From: an uncultured Methanomicrobiaceae archaeon
GTDB taxonomy: Archaea > Halobacteriota > Methanomicrobia > Methanomicrobiales > Methanoculleaceae
Length of the DNA: 64,000 nt
Reading direction: 5' to 3'
NCBI GenBank assembly: GCA_963826525.1
Contig: CAWGXH010000003.1
Coordinates: 576,001-640,000 of the forward strand
Part shown: positions 11,056-21,583 of the stretch, one piece after another
Numbering within the stretch: position 1 is the first letter of the stretch
Layout: every line of letters starts with the position of its first letter
The notes under the pieces: model-generated
What the model was told of the DNA's origin: nothing
Seen by the model: the letters and a program-made list of their open reading frames with translations, nothing else
Databases searched by the model: none
Made by a program: the position numbers and the translations under genes

Positions 11056-11177
11056 GGACGGTTGTCCTGAAGAGTATTCGGCGCTCTGCAGGGTTTATGA
11101 TTACGGTATGGTGCGGCCGCCGGAACCGGGGGGTGTATGCCCTCCTCGCCGGGTGACGGTCGCCGGTTCGCCTCCGG

Positions 11178-11197
11178 GAAAGGAACGTTATTTATAC
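11178..11197 (+). promoter_or_regulatory. BRE/TATA promoter of the Lon gene
   Basis: Purine-rich GAAAGGAACG followed by TTATTTATA about 40 bp before the start. Confidence 0.5.
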
Positions 11198-11235
11198 GCC
11201 GAAGGATATCGAGCCATACACCTGGAAGGAGGGTG

Positions 11236-13641
11236 ATGATTCGTATGCTTGAGCCGTTGCCTCTTGAACGTTACCGGAACGCATTCCGTCTCGATGATCT
11301 GGAGTGTGTCAGCACAGAAGAGATACGACCTCTTGAGAAGATTATCGGTCAGGACAGGGCGCTTCGGGCGCTCGGGTTCGGCCTTGAGATCCCGCAGAAG
11401 GGGTTCAACGTCTATGCTGCAGGGTTTCAGGGAACCGGGCGGCTCAAGGCCGTTCAGGGCTTCCTCGACGACCTTCGGAAAGAGAAGCCACGGGCGCCCG
11501 ACTGGATCTACGTCAACAACTTCGAAAACCCGTACGAGCCGAACGCGATCCGCATGTCCGCGGGGACGGGCAACCGGTTTAAGAAGGATATGGCAGACTT
11601 CATCAGCGGTGCACAGCGGGTTCTTCCCCAGGCCTTCCAGAGCGATGAGTACGCTTCCCGGAGAGAGAAGACGCTCGGATCCCTGCAGGAGAACCGGAAT
11701 GAACTCATCGACCGGATCAACCGGACTGCTCAGGAGAAGGGTTTCGTCATACAGCCGACCCCGGCCGGCGTCCTGCCCGTCCCGGCGGTGAACGGACAGC
11801 CGCTCTCCGAGGAGGCGTTCACCGCCCTCCCGGCCGAGAAGAGGGAGGAGATCCGGCAGCGGGGGGAGGAGCTTGATGCCGACGTCCGTGATCTCCTGCG
11901 GAAGATCCGGGATGTCGAGCGGCAGGGCGGCGAGGCGGTGGAGAACCTGAACCGGCAGGTTGCGCTCTACGCAATCGAACCCCTCGTGGCGGATCTCAAG
12001 GAGCGATATGGCGAGATAGACGAGATCTCGGCGTTTATCGATGCGGTGGAGAAGGACATCCTGGACAATTTCCAGTTGTTCATCGCCGGCCCGCAGCAGC
12101 AGCAGCAGCTCCGCCCCGAGCTGCAGGCCTTCATGCGAGAGGTTCCGTTACGGCGGTACGAGGTGAATGTGCTCGTGGACAACGGCGATGGAGAAGGGGC
12201 TCCGGTGATCTTCGAGCAGAACCCCTCCTACCAGAACCTCTTCGGAATAGTGGAGAGGGAGGTCCAGTTCGGCGCGTTAACAACCGATTTCACCATGATC
12301 CGGCCGGGCTCGATGCATAAGGCCAACGGCGGGTACCTCGTCCTCATGGTCGAAGACCTCTTCAAGGTTCCCTTCGCCTGGGACGGGCTGAAGACGGCTC
12401 TCAAGACGGGGGAGATCCGCATCGAAGAGCCCGGCGAGCGGATGGGCTTCATCACTGCAAAGACCGTCAAACCGGAGCCTATCCGGCTCGACGTAAAAGT
12501 GGCGCTGATCGGGAACCCGCAGATCTACCAGGCCCTGTATACCATGGACCCGGACTTCCGGGAGCTCTTCAAGGTGAAGGCCGACTTCGACACCGTCATG
12601 GACAGAAGCGACGAGAACGCAAAAAAATACGTGGAGTTCGTCTGCAGTCTGGTCGGAAACGACGGCCTCGGGCACCTGGACCGCGAAGCGCTCGCGAAAG
12701 TCATCGAGTACCGGCTCGCGGCTTGCCGAAGACCAGCAGAAACTCTCCACGCAGTTCGCCTCGGTAGCGGACCTCATCAGGGAGGCGAACTTCTATGCCG
12801 GAGAGGACGGGTCGGAGAGGATAACCGCAGGGCACATCAGAAAGGCAATTGAGGAGAAGATCTACCGCTCGAACCTCATCCAGGAGAAGATCCAGGAGTA
12901 CATGCGACGGGGCATCTTCATCATCGATACCGAGGGGAGCAGGGTAGGCCAGGTGAACGGCCTCTCGGTTCTGAGCACCGGCGATTTCGCCTTCGGCCGC
13001 CCGTCCCGCGTCACTGCGAGTATCGGCGTCGGCCGGGAGGGCATCGTGGATATCGAGCGCGAGGCGGCTCTTGGCGGCCCCATCCACACCAAAGGTGTCC
13101 TCATCTTAAGCGGCTACCTCAACGCCAAGTACGCTCCGGACAAGCCCCTGAGCCTCTCGGCACGGCTCGTCTTCGAGCAGAGTTACGATGGCGTGGACGG
13201 CGACTCCGCCTCGAGCACGGAGTCTACGCCCTGCTCTCCGCTCTTGCGGGGCTGCCCCTGAAGCAGTCCATCGCCGTCACCGGTTCGGTCGACCAGCGGG
13301 GAGAGGTCCAGGCCATCGGCGGGGTCAACGAGAAACTGGAAGGCTTCTTTGAGGTCTGCAAGGCAAAAGGCCTCACCGGCGACCAGGGCGCAATGATACC
13401 GGCGAGCAACGTCCAGAACCTGATGCTCAAAGAAGAGGTCGTGGAGGCTGCAAAGAAGGGGATGTTCCGGATCTACCCGGTTCGGACTATCGACGAGGGC
13501 ATCGAGTTCCTCACCGGCGTCCCCGCCGGAGAACAGAGATCGGACGGGACCTACGAGGAGGGGACGGTGAACTACCTGGTGAATCAGCGGCTCGCCGAGA
13601 TGGCGGAGAGGATGCGGGAGTACCAGATGCCCGTGCGGTGA
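11236..13641 (+). CDS. lon: Lon-family S16 protease (soluble LonC/AAA_32 type), frame breaks near 12710 and 13222
   Basis: IIGQDRA, WIYVNNF, GSMHKANGGYL, VGQVNGLSV, FEQSYDGVDGDSAS (catalytic Ser), IGGVNEK(L)EGFF (catalytic Lys). Confidence 0.9.
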
Positions 13642-13878
13642 GCGTCCGGCAGAGGAATCCCCCCTCCGTCACCGGGAATGCGGAAGAGAGCAGACGCTCT
13701 TCAGCCTCCAAAGCCCGCGCAGGGGGGATTCCCCCTCACCCGGGGAGATTTTGCCCGACCGCGGGACAAACCCGGGGATTTTCTTTCACGGCATCTCCTG
13801 TTGGCTCCGTCCTGCCCGTACGCCGCACTCCCGGCCGGGAAGGATCGCAGACTGACCGGCACTCCTGTCCGGGATCAA

Positions 13879-13886
13879 TTTATATA
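13879..13886 (+). promoter_or_regulatory. TATA box upstream of the histidine kinase
   Basis: TTTATATA about 90 bp before ATG 13977. Confidence 0.45.
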
Positions 13887-13976
13887 GGTTCTCCCTGCTT
13901 GAGTCTCCCAAGAGGGTATACGTGAGGATCTCGAGAGCATCGATCGTCACGATACGAACGGAGCGACAACGGAGAG

Positions 13977-16457
13977 ATGCACGTCAGTGAAGTAAGTGCG
14001 GAAACACGAGACGAACTATTCGCTATACTGAGCAGCGCGGAGGAGGGGACATGCATCGCCACTCCGGAGATGGAGGTGCTCTGGATCAATCCGGCCATGG
14101 AACGCCTCGCGGGCATCTCCGCTCAGGATGCCAGGGGAGACGACGTGCTGCAGTTCGTCGCTGCCCGGGTGCTGCCCGGGGCGGATGAAGCATGCACCGC
14201 CGCAATCCTCTCGTCGATCCGGAGCCGCACCGAAGAGCACGGGATCGAGTGCCGGATCGCCGGCCCGGCAGGCGAGGAGTGGTATGCCTACACGAGCAGG
14301 CAGATCGGAAGGGGCACTCTGGCAGGCGCCTGGCTCCTCCGGTTCGGTGAGATCACCCTGCAGAAAAAAGCGGAGAGAGAGCACGACCGGTGCTCCGGCG
14401 AGCTGGCGTTCCTCTCCGGAGCCGCGACCGGGCTTGCCGGACTGCCGCCGGATGCGGATATCTTCGCCGTCATCGGCAGGTACCTCCACGAGGTTATGCC
14501 CGGGGCTATCGTCATCGTCAGCGCCGCAGACGTCGGCGCCGACACCCTGATCCCGCGGGCGATCTTCGGGGACGAATCCCTCATGGTGGAGGCGTCGAAG
14601 CTGCTCGGCCGTGACATTACCGGCCTTGCGCTCTCCATCCCCCCGCACATCCACGACATCATGCAGCGGGGCAGGATCGAGGAGATCGAAGGGGGGCTCG
14701 AGGCGGTTGCACTGTGGCAACTCCCCGGGGGCATCTGCCGGCAACTCGAGGAGTTCGGCGGGCTCGGGCCGATGTACTGCATCCCGTTCACCTGGAAAGG
14801 AGAGATCTTCGGCACCGCCGTCATCCTGACCCGGCGGGGGAGCGAACCGATCGACCTCGCTGCGATCGAGACCTTCAAGAACCTGGCATCGATCGCTCTG
14901 CAGCGCCACCAGGCCGAGGCCGCGCTGCGCCGAAGCGAAGGGAGGTTCCGTGCACTCATCGAGAAGACCTCCGACTTCATCCTCATCATCGACAGCCGGA
15001 TGAAGATCCGGTTCGCAAGCCCGCCCATCGAGCGGATCGACGGAATACCGCCGGAAATGCTGGTGGGAAGGAGTGCATTCGATATGATGCTGCCCGAGGA
15101 GGTGCCCCGGGCACAGGAACTCATGGCGGGTCTTGCGGGGAAACCGGGGAGCAGTGCACCGCTCGAAGTCCGGTTCCAGGGGCCGCGGGGTCTGCACGTC
15201 GTCGAAGCGGTGATCACGAACCTCCTCGACGATCCGCAGGTCAGGGGCTTGGTGGTCAATGCCCGGGACATCACCGATCGGAAGCGGGCGGAAGAGGCGA
15301 TCCGGCACCGGAATACCCAGCTTGCCATGCTGAACCGGCTGATCAGCGTCTCGGCATCGGCGCTTACCCTCGACGACCTCCTTGAATCCGCGCTTACCAC
15401 CTCCCTTGCCCTCTTCAGCTTCGATGCAGGTGCCGTCTACCTGCTGGACCGGGAACTGGGCCGCGCAACGCTCGCGAGCCACCAGGGTATGGAGCAACTG
15501 CCCGGCCTCGAGACCATCGATGTACGCCACCCTCCCTTCAGGGATGTCTTCGGTGCCGGCAGGCCGCGGAGCATCTCTGCCGGGCCTGATACCGGTGCAG
15601 CGGAGACGGAGATCCTGGCTGCTTTTCATGTCTCCTCCCTCACATGGATTCCGCTCATGGCCGAGTCCAGGGTCATGGGAGCGCTGGCTCTCGGGAGCTT
15701 TACCGGCAGGGAGGTGCCCCCGGACGTCCAATGGCTCACGGAGGCGATCAGCAGGGAGATCGGGGCCGGCGTTCTGCGCGGGATGCTCTACAAAAGGCTG
15801 GAGGCCGCAAACCAGGAGGCAAACCTGTACCTGGACATTCTCACGCACGACATCCGGAACGTCAACAGCGTCGCCATCCTGTATACCGACCTGCTGGCGG
15901 ATGTCCTGGAGGGCGAACCCGGTACCTACGTCCGGAAGATGAAGAGCAGCATCGATAAAAGCACGGAGATCCTGGCGAATGTTGCAACGATCCGTAAGAT
16001 TCATGTGGAACATGCGCCGTTGAAACCGATCGACCTTCACGGCGTGATCATCGGTGAGTGGAAGAACTTCCCCGAAACGGCGATACGGTACGCGGGGTTT
16101 CCCCGCACGGTCTGGGCGGACGACCTGCTCCCCGAAGTCTTCAACAACCTCATCGGGAATGCCGTCAAGTTCGGAGGACCTGATGTCGTCGTTACCATAT
16201 CGGTCGAGCACCACGAGGACAGCGTCGTCGTCACCGTGGCCGACACCGGCCCCGGCGTCCCCGATGACCTGAAGGAGGCGATCTTCCACCGGTTCGAGCG
16301 AGGGCAGACCCGGGCGCAGGGGGAGGGGCTCGGCCTCTACATCTGCCGCAAACTCCTGGAGCGTTACGGTGGAAGCATCTGGGTCGAGGACCGGGTGCCC
16401 GGCCGCCCGGAGCAGGGCGCGGCGTTCCGGTTTACGCTCAAAGAGGTCGGAGAGTAA
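13977..16457 (+). CDS. Soluble PAS/GAF sensor histidine kinase
   Basis: H-box LDILTHDIRN, N-box NLIGNAVKF, G1 DTGPGV, G2 GEGLGL; PAS and GAF domains upstream. Confidence 0.95.
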   Translation: MHVSEVSAETRDELFAILSSAEEGTCIATPEMEVLWINPAMERLAGISAQDARGDDVLQFVAARVLPGADEACTAAILSSIRSRTEEHGIECRIAGPAGEEWYAYTSRQIGRGTLAGAWLLRFGEITLQKKAEREHDRCSGELAFLSGAATGLAGLPPDADIFAVIGRYLHEVMPGAIVIVSAADVGADTLIPRAIFGDESLMVEASKLLGRDITGLALSIPPHIHDIMQRGRIEEIEGGLEAVALWQLPGGICRQLEEFGGLGPMYCIPFTWKGEIFGTAVILTRRGSEPIDLAAIETFKNLASIALQRHQAEAALRRSEGRFRALIEKTSDFILIIDSRMKIRFASPPIERIDGIPPEMLVGRSAFDMMLPEEVPRAQELMAGLAGKPGSSAPLEVRFQGPRGLHVVEAVITNLLDDPQVRGLVVNARDITDRKRAEEAIRHRNTQLAMLNRLISVSASALTLDDLLESALTTSLALFSFDAGAVYLLDRELGRATLASHQGMEQLPGLETIDVRHPPFRDVFGAGRPRSISAGPDTGAAETEILAAFHVSSLTWIPLMAESRVMGALALGSFTGREVPPDVQWLTEAISREIGAGVLRGMLYKRLEAANQEANLYLDILTHDIRNVNSVAILYTDLLADVLEGEPGTYVRKMKSSIDKSTEILANVATIRKIHVEHAPLKPIDLHGVIIGEWKNFPETAIRYAGFPRTVWADDLLPEVFNNLIGNAVKFGGPDVVVTISVEHHEDSVVVTVADTGPGVPDDLKEAIFHRFERGQTRAQGEGLGLYICRKLLERYGGSIWVEDRVPGRPEQGAAFRFTLKEVGE

Positions 16458-16518
16458 TCGACAGCAGTCGATCGGAGATGAGCATGTACAGCAATCTGAC
16501 TCACAGTTACACGAAACA

Positions 16519-19059
16519 ATGACTTCCATACAACAGATCGAAGAACAGCGTATGTTCACGGCCCTTGACGGGGAAGCCGACGGGATCCTCGTGCTGGACG
16601 GGGACCGAAGGGTGGTCTGGCTCAACAGGACGCTTCGCGAGCTCCTGGACGTGCGTCCGGAGGATGTCGGAGGAGAGAGCGTTTCGGCCTTCATCCAGAG
16701 GCACGTGGCGCCGCTGTCGCCGGATCCTGCATCCGTGCAGGAGGTCGCTGTAGGACTGCAGGGCGACAGGAGTGTCCGTCGGTTTTCGGTGCCGGTTCGG
16801 GCACGCACCGGGAATCTTCGCTGGTTCTCGATCGCGGATGACCGGAGTGCGATATATACGGGGACCGACCGTACGATCCTCCGTTTCCACGACAGCACCG
16901 GAGATGTAACCGCCCGGTTCTTCCGGGTAGCCATCGACCACTCGCCGGTCGTCGTCTTCGCCCAGGACAGGGATCTGCGGTACCTCTGGTCGTACAATCA
17001 GCAGTCCGGGATATCCGATGCAGAGATCGTCGGAAAGACGGACAACGACCTCTATTCGCCCGCCGACGCCGCCCGACTGACGTCGCTGAAGGCCCGGGTG
17101 CTCGCGGCCGGCGACGTGGTCCGGGAGGAGGTGGCTGTCACCGTCGACGGAACGGAGCATGTCAGGGACATGACGCTGGAACCCCTCCGGGATGCCGGGG
17201 GGAGGATCGTCGGGGTCTCGGGCACGTCGTTCGATATCACCGGCAGGGTGCGGGCCGAGGAGCGGTACCGGTCGAGCACGGAGAAACTGAACCTCCTGCT
17301 GCGCAATGCCCGCGACATCATCTACCGCATCGACCTCGTCCCGGAACGTCGGTACTCCTACGTCAGCCCTGCCGTAGCGGCAATCACCGGCTACACCCCC
17401 GAAGAGCACTACAGAGATCCCGATCTCGGCATGAAGATCGTCCACCCCGACGACCGGCTGCTCCTGGAAGCGGTTAACAGGGGAGAGATCCCGCTGGACC
17501 AGCCGCTCGCCCTCCGGTGGATCCGCAAAGACGGGACGATGATCTGGATGGAGTTGAAGAACGTCCCCGTCTACGATGAGGACGGGACGCTGATTGCCAT
17601 CGAAGGCATTGCCCGGGATGTCACGGAGCGGAAACGGATGGAGGAGGCGCTGCGGGAGAGCGAGGAGCGGTACCGTCTCTTCCTTCAGAACTTCCAGGGG
17701 ATCGCGTTCCGTGCCGACCTTGACTTCGTCCCCATTTTTTTCTACGGTGCGGTGGAGTCCATCACCGGGTATGCGGAGGAGGATTTCCTCCGGGACCGCC
17801 GGCTCTGGTTCCGGATGATCCACCCCGACGATCGCCCACAGATCGCCGAGACCTCGAAGACCGTGTGCGCCACTCCCGGTTATGCGACCGAGCGGGAGTA
17901 CCGGATCATCAGGAAGGACGGGGAGGTCCGCTGGGTCCGCGAGATGATCCAGAACGTACCCGAAAACCAGGGAATCCCGGCTCACGTGCAGGGGGCGATC
18001 TACGATATCACCGGGCAGAAGCGGGTGGAGCAGGAACTCCGCGAGAGCGAGGAGCGGTTCCGGCGCATCTTCGAAGAGTCGGGGATCGGCATACTGCTCG
18101 TCGACCAAAGCGGCCGGATCGCCAGGAGCAATCCGGCCTTCCAGCGGATGCTGGGGTACAGTGAGGACGAGCTTGACGGCATGAACATCCGCGATATCAC
18201 CTACCCGGAAGATCTGCCGGCGACCCTTGCGCTCTACGAGAAGATGGCCGAGGGAGGAACCGGCAGCGGGAAGCTGGAGAAACGATATATCACGAAGGAC
18301 GGCCGGATCATCTGGGGCAGAAAGACCGTCACCCACCTTCGAGACCAGAAAGGAAAACCCCTGCGCGCCATCAGCCTCGTGGAGGATATCACCGGACGAA
18401 AGCTGATTGAAGAGGCGTTGCAGGAGAGCGAGGAGCGCTTTCGGAGTATCTTTGAGGAATCTCCCATCGGCATCGAGTACTATGATCCCGATGGACGCCT
18501 GATCGACGTCAACCCCGCCGCGCTTCGCATCTTCGGCGTGCAGGACATCCAGGATGTCAGGGGATTCGATCTCTTTGCCGACCCCAATCTTCCCGAAGAA
18601 GAACGTCGTAAACTGAGGCAGGGAGAGGCAGTGCACTTCACAACGCAGTTTGACTTCGATCTGGTCAAAACGCACGGTCTCTACGAGACATCGCGAACCG
18701 GTCGGCGGTACCTGGACATCCTCGTCACCGGAATACCGCGGGCAGGTGAGAACCGCCTGGGCGGGTATATCGTGCTGGTTTCGGACACCACCGACCGGAT
18801 GCTGGCCGAGAACCTGCGGAAGAAAGCGTATGACCAGATCGAGCAGAACATCGAGCAGTTCGCAATTCTGGGAGACCACGTCCGCCAGCCCCTGCAGGTG
18901 ATCCTCGGCATGGTCGACCTGGAGAGCAATGGAAAAAAGGAGATGGAGATCATCCGCAGTCAGGTCAACCGGATCAACGCTATCGTCCGGCAGCTCGACG
19001 AGGGTTGGATCGAGTCGAGGAAGATCAGGGAATTCCTCCGCCGGCACGAACTGACATGA
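16519..19059 (+). CDS. Multi-PAS protein (about 6 PAS domains) with C-terminal DHp-like tail and no HATPase
   Basis: Repeated DITG/DVTE..LRESEERFR linkers; ends EQNIEQFAILGDHVRQPL..LDEGWIESRKIREFLRRH. Confidence 0.9.
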   Translation: MTSIQQIEEQRMFTALDGEADGILVLDGDRRVVWLNRTLRELLDVRPEDVGGESVSAFIQRHVAPLSPDPASVQEVAVGLQGDRSVRRFSVPVRARTGNLRWFSIADDRSAIYTGTDRTILRFHDSTGDVTARFFRVAIDHSPVVVFAQDRDLRYLWSYNQQSGISDAEIVGKTDNDLYSPADAARLTSLKARVLAAGDVVREEVAVTVDGTEHVRDMTLEPLRDAGGRIVGVSGTSFDITGRVRAEERYRSSTEKLNLLLRNARDIIYRIDLVPERRYSYVSPAVAAITGYTPEEHYRDPDLGMKIVHPDDRLLLEAVNRGEIPLDQPLALRWIRKDGTMIWMELKNVPVYDEDGTLIAIEGIARDVTERKRMEEALRESEERYRLFLQNFQGIAFRADLDFVPIFFYGAVESITGYAEEDFLRDRRLWFRMIHPDDRPQIAETSKTVCATPGYATEREYRIIRKDGEVRWVREMIQNVPENQGIPAHVQGAIYDITGQKRVEQELRESEERFRRIFEESGIGILLVDQSGRIARSNPAFQRMLGYSEDELDGMNIRDITYPEDLPATLALYEKMAEGGTGSGKLEKRYITKDGRIIWGRKTVTHLRDQKGKPLRAISLVEDITGRKLIEEALQESEERFRSIFEESPIGIEYYDPDGRLIDVNPAALRIFGVQDIQDVRGFDLFADPNLPEEERRKLRQGEAVHFTTQFDFDLVKTHGLYETSRTGRRYLDILVTGIPRAGENRLGGYIVLVSDTTDRMLAENLRKKAYDQIEQNIEQFAILGDHVRQPLQVILGMVDLESNGKKEMEIIRSQVNRINAIVRQLDEGWIESRKIREFLRRHELT

Positions 19060-19113
19060 GCCCATAGCCCGGCTAACATGTCAGCACCACCGGTGCGGAT
19101 GATCGGCGGCTCG

Positions 19114-20911
19114 CTATCTCCGGCCGATCCCCTTCCCGGCAGCGTGCTTCTCGATGGCGTCGAGGAACTTCTGCCCGTACCGCTGCAGTTTCCCCTCGGA
19201 GACGCCGTATATCTTCAGGAACTCCGCGTCCGTGCGGGGATGGGACGCCGCCATCTCCCGGAGGCTCTTATCCTGAAAGACGACGTAGGGCGGCACCCGC
19301 TCGAGGTCGGCGAGCATCTTCCGGAGTTGCCGGAGCTTGAAGAAGAGCTCGGCATCGTGAGCCTTCTCGCCCCCGGCGATCCCCTCCTCTCTCGGCTCGG
19401 TGAGCGGGACGGCCGTTTTACCACCGAGAACCTTCCTGCTCGTCCCGTTCAGGGTGAGCACCGGATAGCGGCCGCCGGTGGAGGTGACGATCCCCTTCCT
19501 CACCATCTCCTGCAGAAAGGTCTGCCACTGGTCCCGGGTATACCCGGCTCCCGACCCGTATGCAGGCAGGGCATCGTGTCCGTTCTCGATGATTCGTGCG
19601 CTCTTCGAGCCGCAGATCACGTCTGCGACGTACGAGGCTCCGAACCGCTCGCCGGTCTGCCGGATGCATTCGATGATCGTCTTTGAAGCCTCGGTGCCGT
19701 CGAAATCCTGCACGGGCTTCTCGCAGCGGTCGCAGTTGCCGCAGCGCTCCTCCGGGTAGGCCTCGCCGAAGTAGCCGAGGAGGAACTTTCTCCGGCACTC
19801 GGTGGTCTCGCAGTAGTCGAGCATCTTCCCGGCCTTCCGGTAGGCCACGTCTTTCTGCGCCGGATCGCCGCACTCCTTCTCGATGAGGTACTTGATCGTC
19901 CGGTAGTCGCCCCGGCTGTAGAAGAGGATGCAGTCGCTCGCTTCGCCGTCTCTCCCTGCCCTGCCGGTTTCCTGGTAGTAGGACTCGATATCCTTCGGCA
20001 GGTCGGCGTGGATCACGAACCGCACGTCGGGTTTGTCGATCCCCATCCCGAAGGCGACGGTGGCGCAGACGATCGCGACATCGCCCCGGGTGAACTGCTC
20101 CTGGTGCTTGGCCCTGAGGCTATCCGGGAGCCCGGCATGGTAGGGCACCGCCCGGTAGCCCTTTGCCTGCAGTCTCTCCGCGAGTTCTTCCGTCGATCGC
20201 TGGGAGAAGCAGTAGATGATCCCGGCGTCCTCGCGGTGACTCTGCGAGGTACTTCTGCAGGGTGGGAAAGAAATTCGTCTTCGGGAGGATGCGGTAGTGG
20301 AGGTTTTTCCGGTTGAAACTCCCGGTGAACTCGGCGGGGGCGGATAGCCGGAGCTGCTTTACGATATCCTCTGCAACGGTGGGCGTGGCGGTCGCGGTGA
20401 GCGCGACGACGGGGATGCGCGGAAACTGCTCGCGAAGTGTCCGAAGCTTTCGATACTCGGGACGGAAGTTATGCCCCCACATCGATATGCAGTGCGCCTC
20501 GTCGACGGCGATGAGCCGGAGGTCGGAGCGCTTCAGCAGCGAGAGGAACCCGGGCGTCACCGCCCGCTCGGGGGAGACGTAGAGCAGCCGGAGTTTGCCG
20601 CCGAAGATCGCCCGTTCGGCGGCGGTCCGTTCGGCGTAGGTCAGGGTGCTGTTTAACGTGGCGGCGGGAATGCCGTTCGCCGTAAGGGCGTCCACCTGGT
20701 CTTTCATCAGGGCGATGAGGGGCGATACCACGACCGTCAGGCCGCCGAGCAGCAGGGCGGGGAGCTGGTAGCAGAGCGACTTTCCTCCCCCGGTCGCCAT
20801 GACGGCGACGACGTCCTTCCCGGCGAGGACGGCGTCGATGATCTCCTCCTGGAGGGGGCGAAACGTCGTGTAGCCAAAATATCTCTCGAGCATCTCGGTT
20901 TTTGTATTCAT
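19114..20911 (-). CDS. recQ: ATP-dependent DNA helicase RecQ, frame break near 20240
   Basis: MATGGGKSLCYQ, VDEAHCIS, ALTATA, VAFGMGIDKPDVR, QETGRAGRDG, Zn-binding CRR..CGNCD.C, RQC and HRDC (PPYVVF). Confidence 0.95.
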
Positions 20912-21031
20912 CGCAGGTTCCCGCTCCGGGCAATCGTGAATTGAAGGGTTGCACCGACGGACTGAAAGCATTTGCTTTTCTTGGCGGGGGGGATCGACAG
21001 GCATATCCGACATGGGGTCCCTGCACTGGGT

Positions 21032-21214
21032 ATGAAGAACATCGAGATGTCGGTCGAGGGGAACGTTCTTAGCATCCGCGTCGATCTTGCAAAGGAGTTC
21101 GGCATTTCAAAGAGCGGCAAGTCGATCACGATAGCGTCCACGGAAGGCAACATATCGGTTCCCGATCATGAAGAGATCAAGATCGGGCTGAATATCTACC
21201 GGAAGAAGGAGTGA
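21032..21214 (+). CDS. Conserved-looking 60-aa hypothetical protein
   Basis: MKNIEMSVEGNVLSIRVDLAKEFGISKSGKSITIASTEGN..KIGLNIY; typical codon usage. Confidence 0.8.
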   Translation: MKNIEMSVEGNVLSIRVDLAKEFGISKSGKSITIASTEGNISVPDHEEIKIGLNIYRKKE

Positions 21215-21544
21215 TCGTCCTCCTCCTCGAGGTCCTCGTGCAGCGCCCGGTGAGATCTCGCCTTCCGCATACCACCGTTCTATCAGATTTCGGGCTTCTT
21301 CCCGTGACCCGGCCCCGCCGCGCCGCTCCGTCCGGCGGACGACCCGGCACGGGAAGAAGAACAGAAATCCGATCATCGGGATGGCGACGGGGAAGAACCA
21401 GTAGAACCCTCGCATTCCCCGTGCGTTCGCATCGCGGCAGACCAGCATCCCGAGGACCAGGAGCACCGCCCACCCGGCGAGGAGCACCGTCGACGCGAAC
21501 GAAAGGATCTCAGGGCTGCCGAACGTGGCGCCTGGCATGGTCAC
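21215..21544 (-). CDS. Small membrane protein with SHOCT-like C-terminus (3' end uncertain)
   Basis: Two hydrophobic helices, RDANARGM..YW, then ARNLIERWYAEGEIS. Confidence 0.55.
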
Positions 21545-21583
21545 GAGTGAGGGGGTGCCGGTACTAATTCCTTTCCGTCCGGC

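Noticed and set aside
8350-11100. Intact phage satellite or provirus around the Ppi-like gene
   Set aside because: No integrase, primase/rep, terminase, capsid genes or att repeats visible.
12094-12108. (CAG)5 microsatellite as a contingency locus
   Set aside because: Short and in frame, in a probable loop; length change would not switch expression.
13645-13860. GC-rich hairpins after lon (e.g. GGGGGATTCCCCC) as ncRNA or MITE
   Set aside because: Short palindromes only; no second copy, terminal repeats or recognisable RNA family.
14016-19065. Very long antisense ORFs (993 and 852 aa) and similar shadow ORFs across the window
   Set aside because: They mirror real genes on the opposite strand, as expected in high-GC DNA, and carry no motifs.
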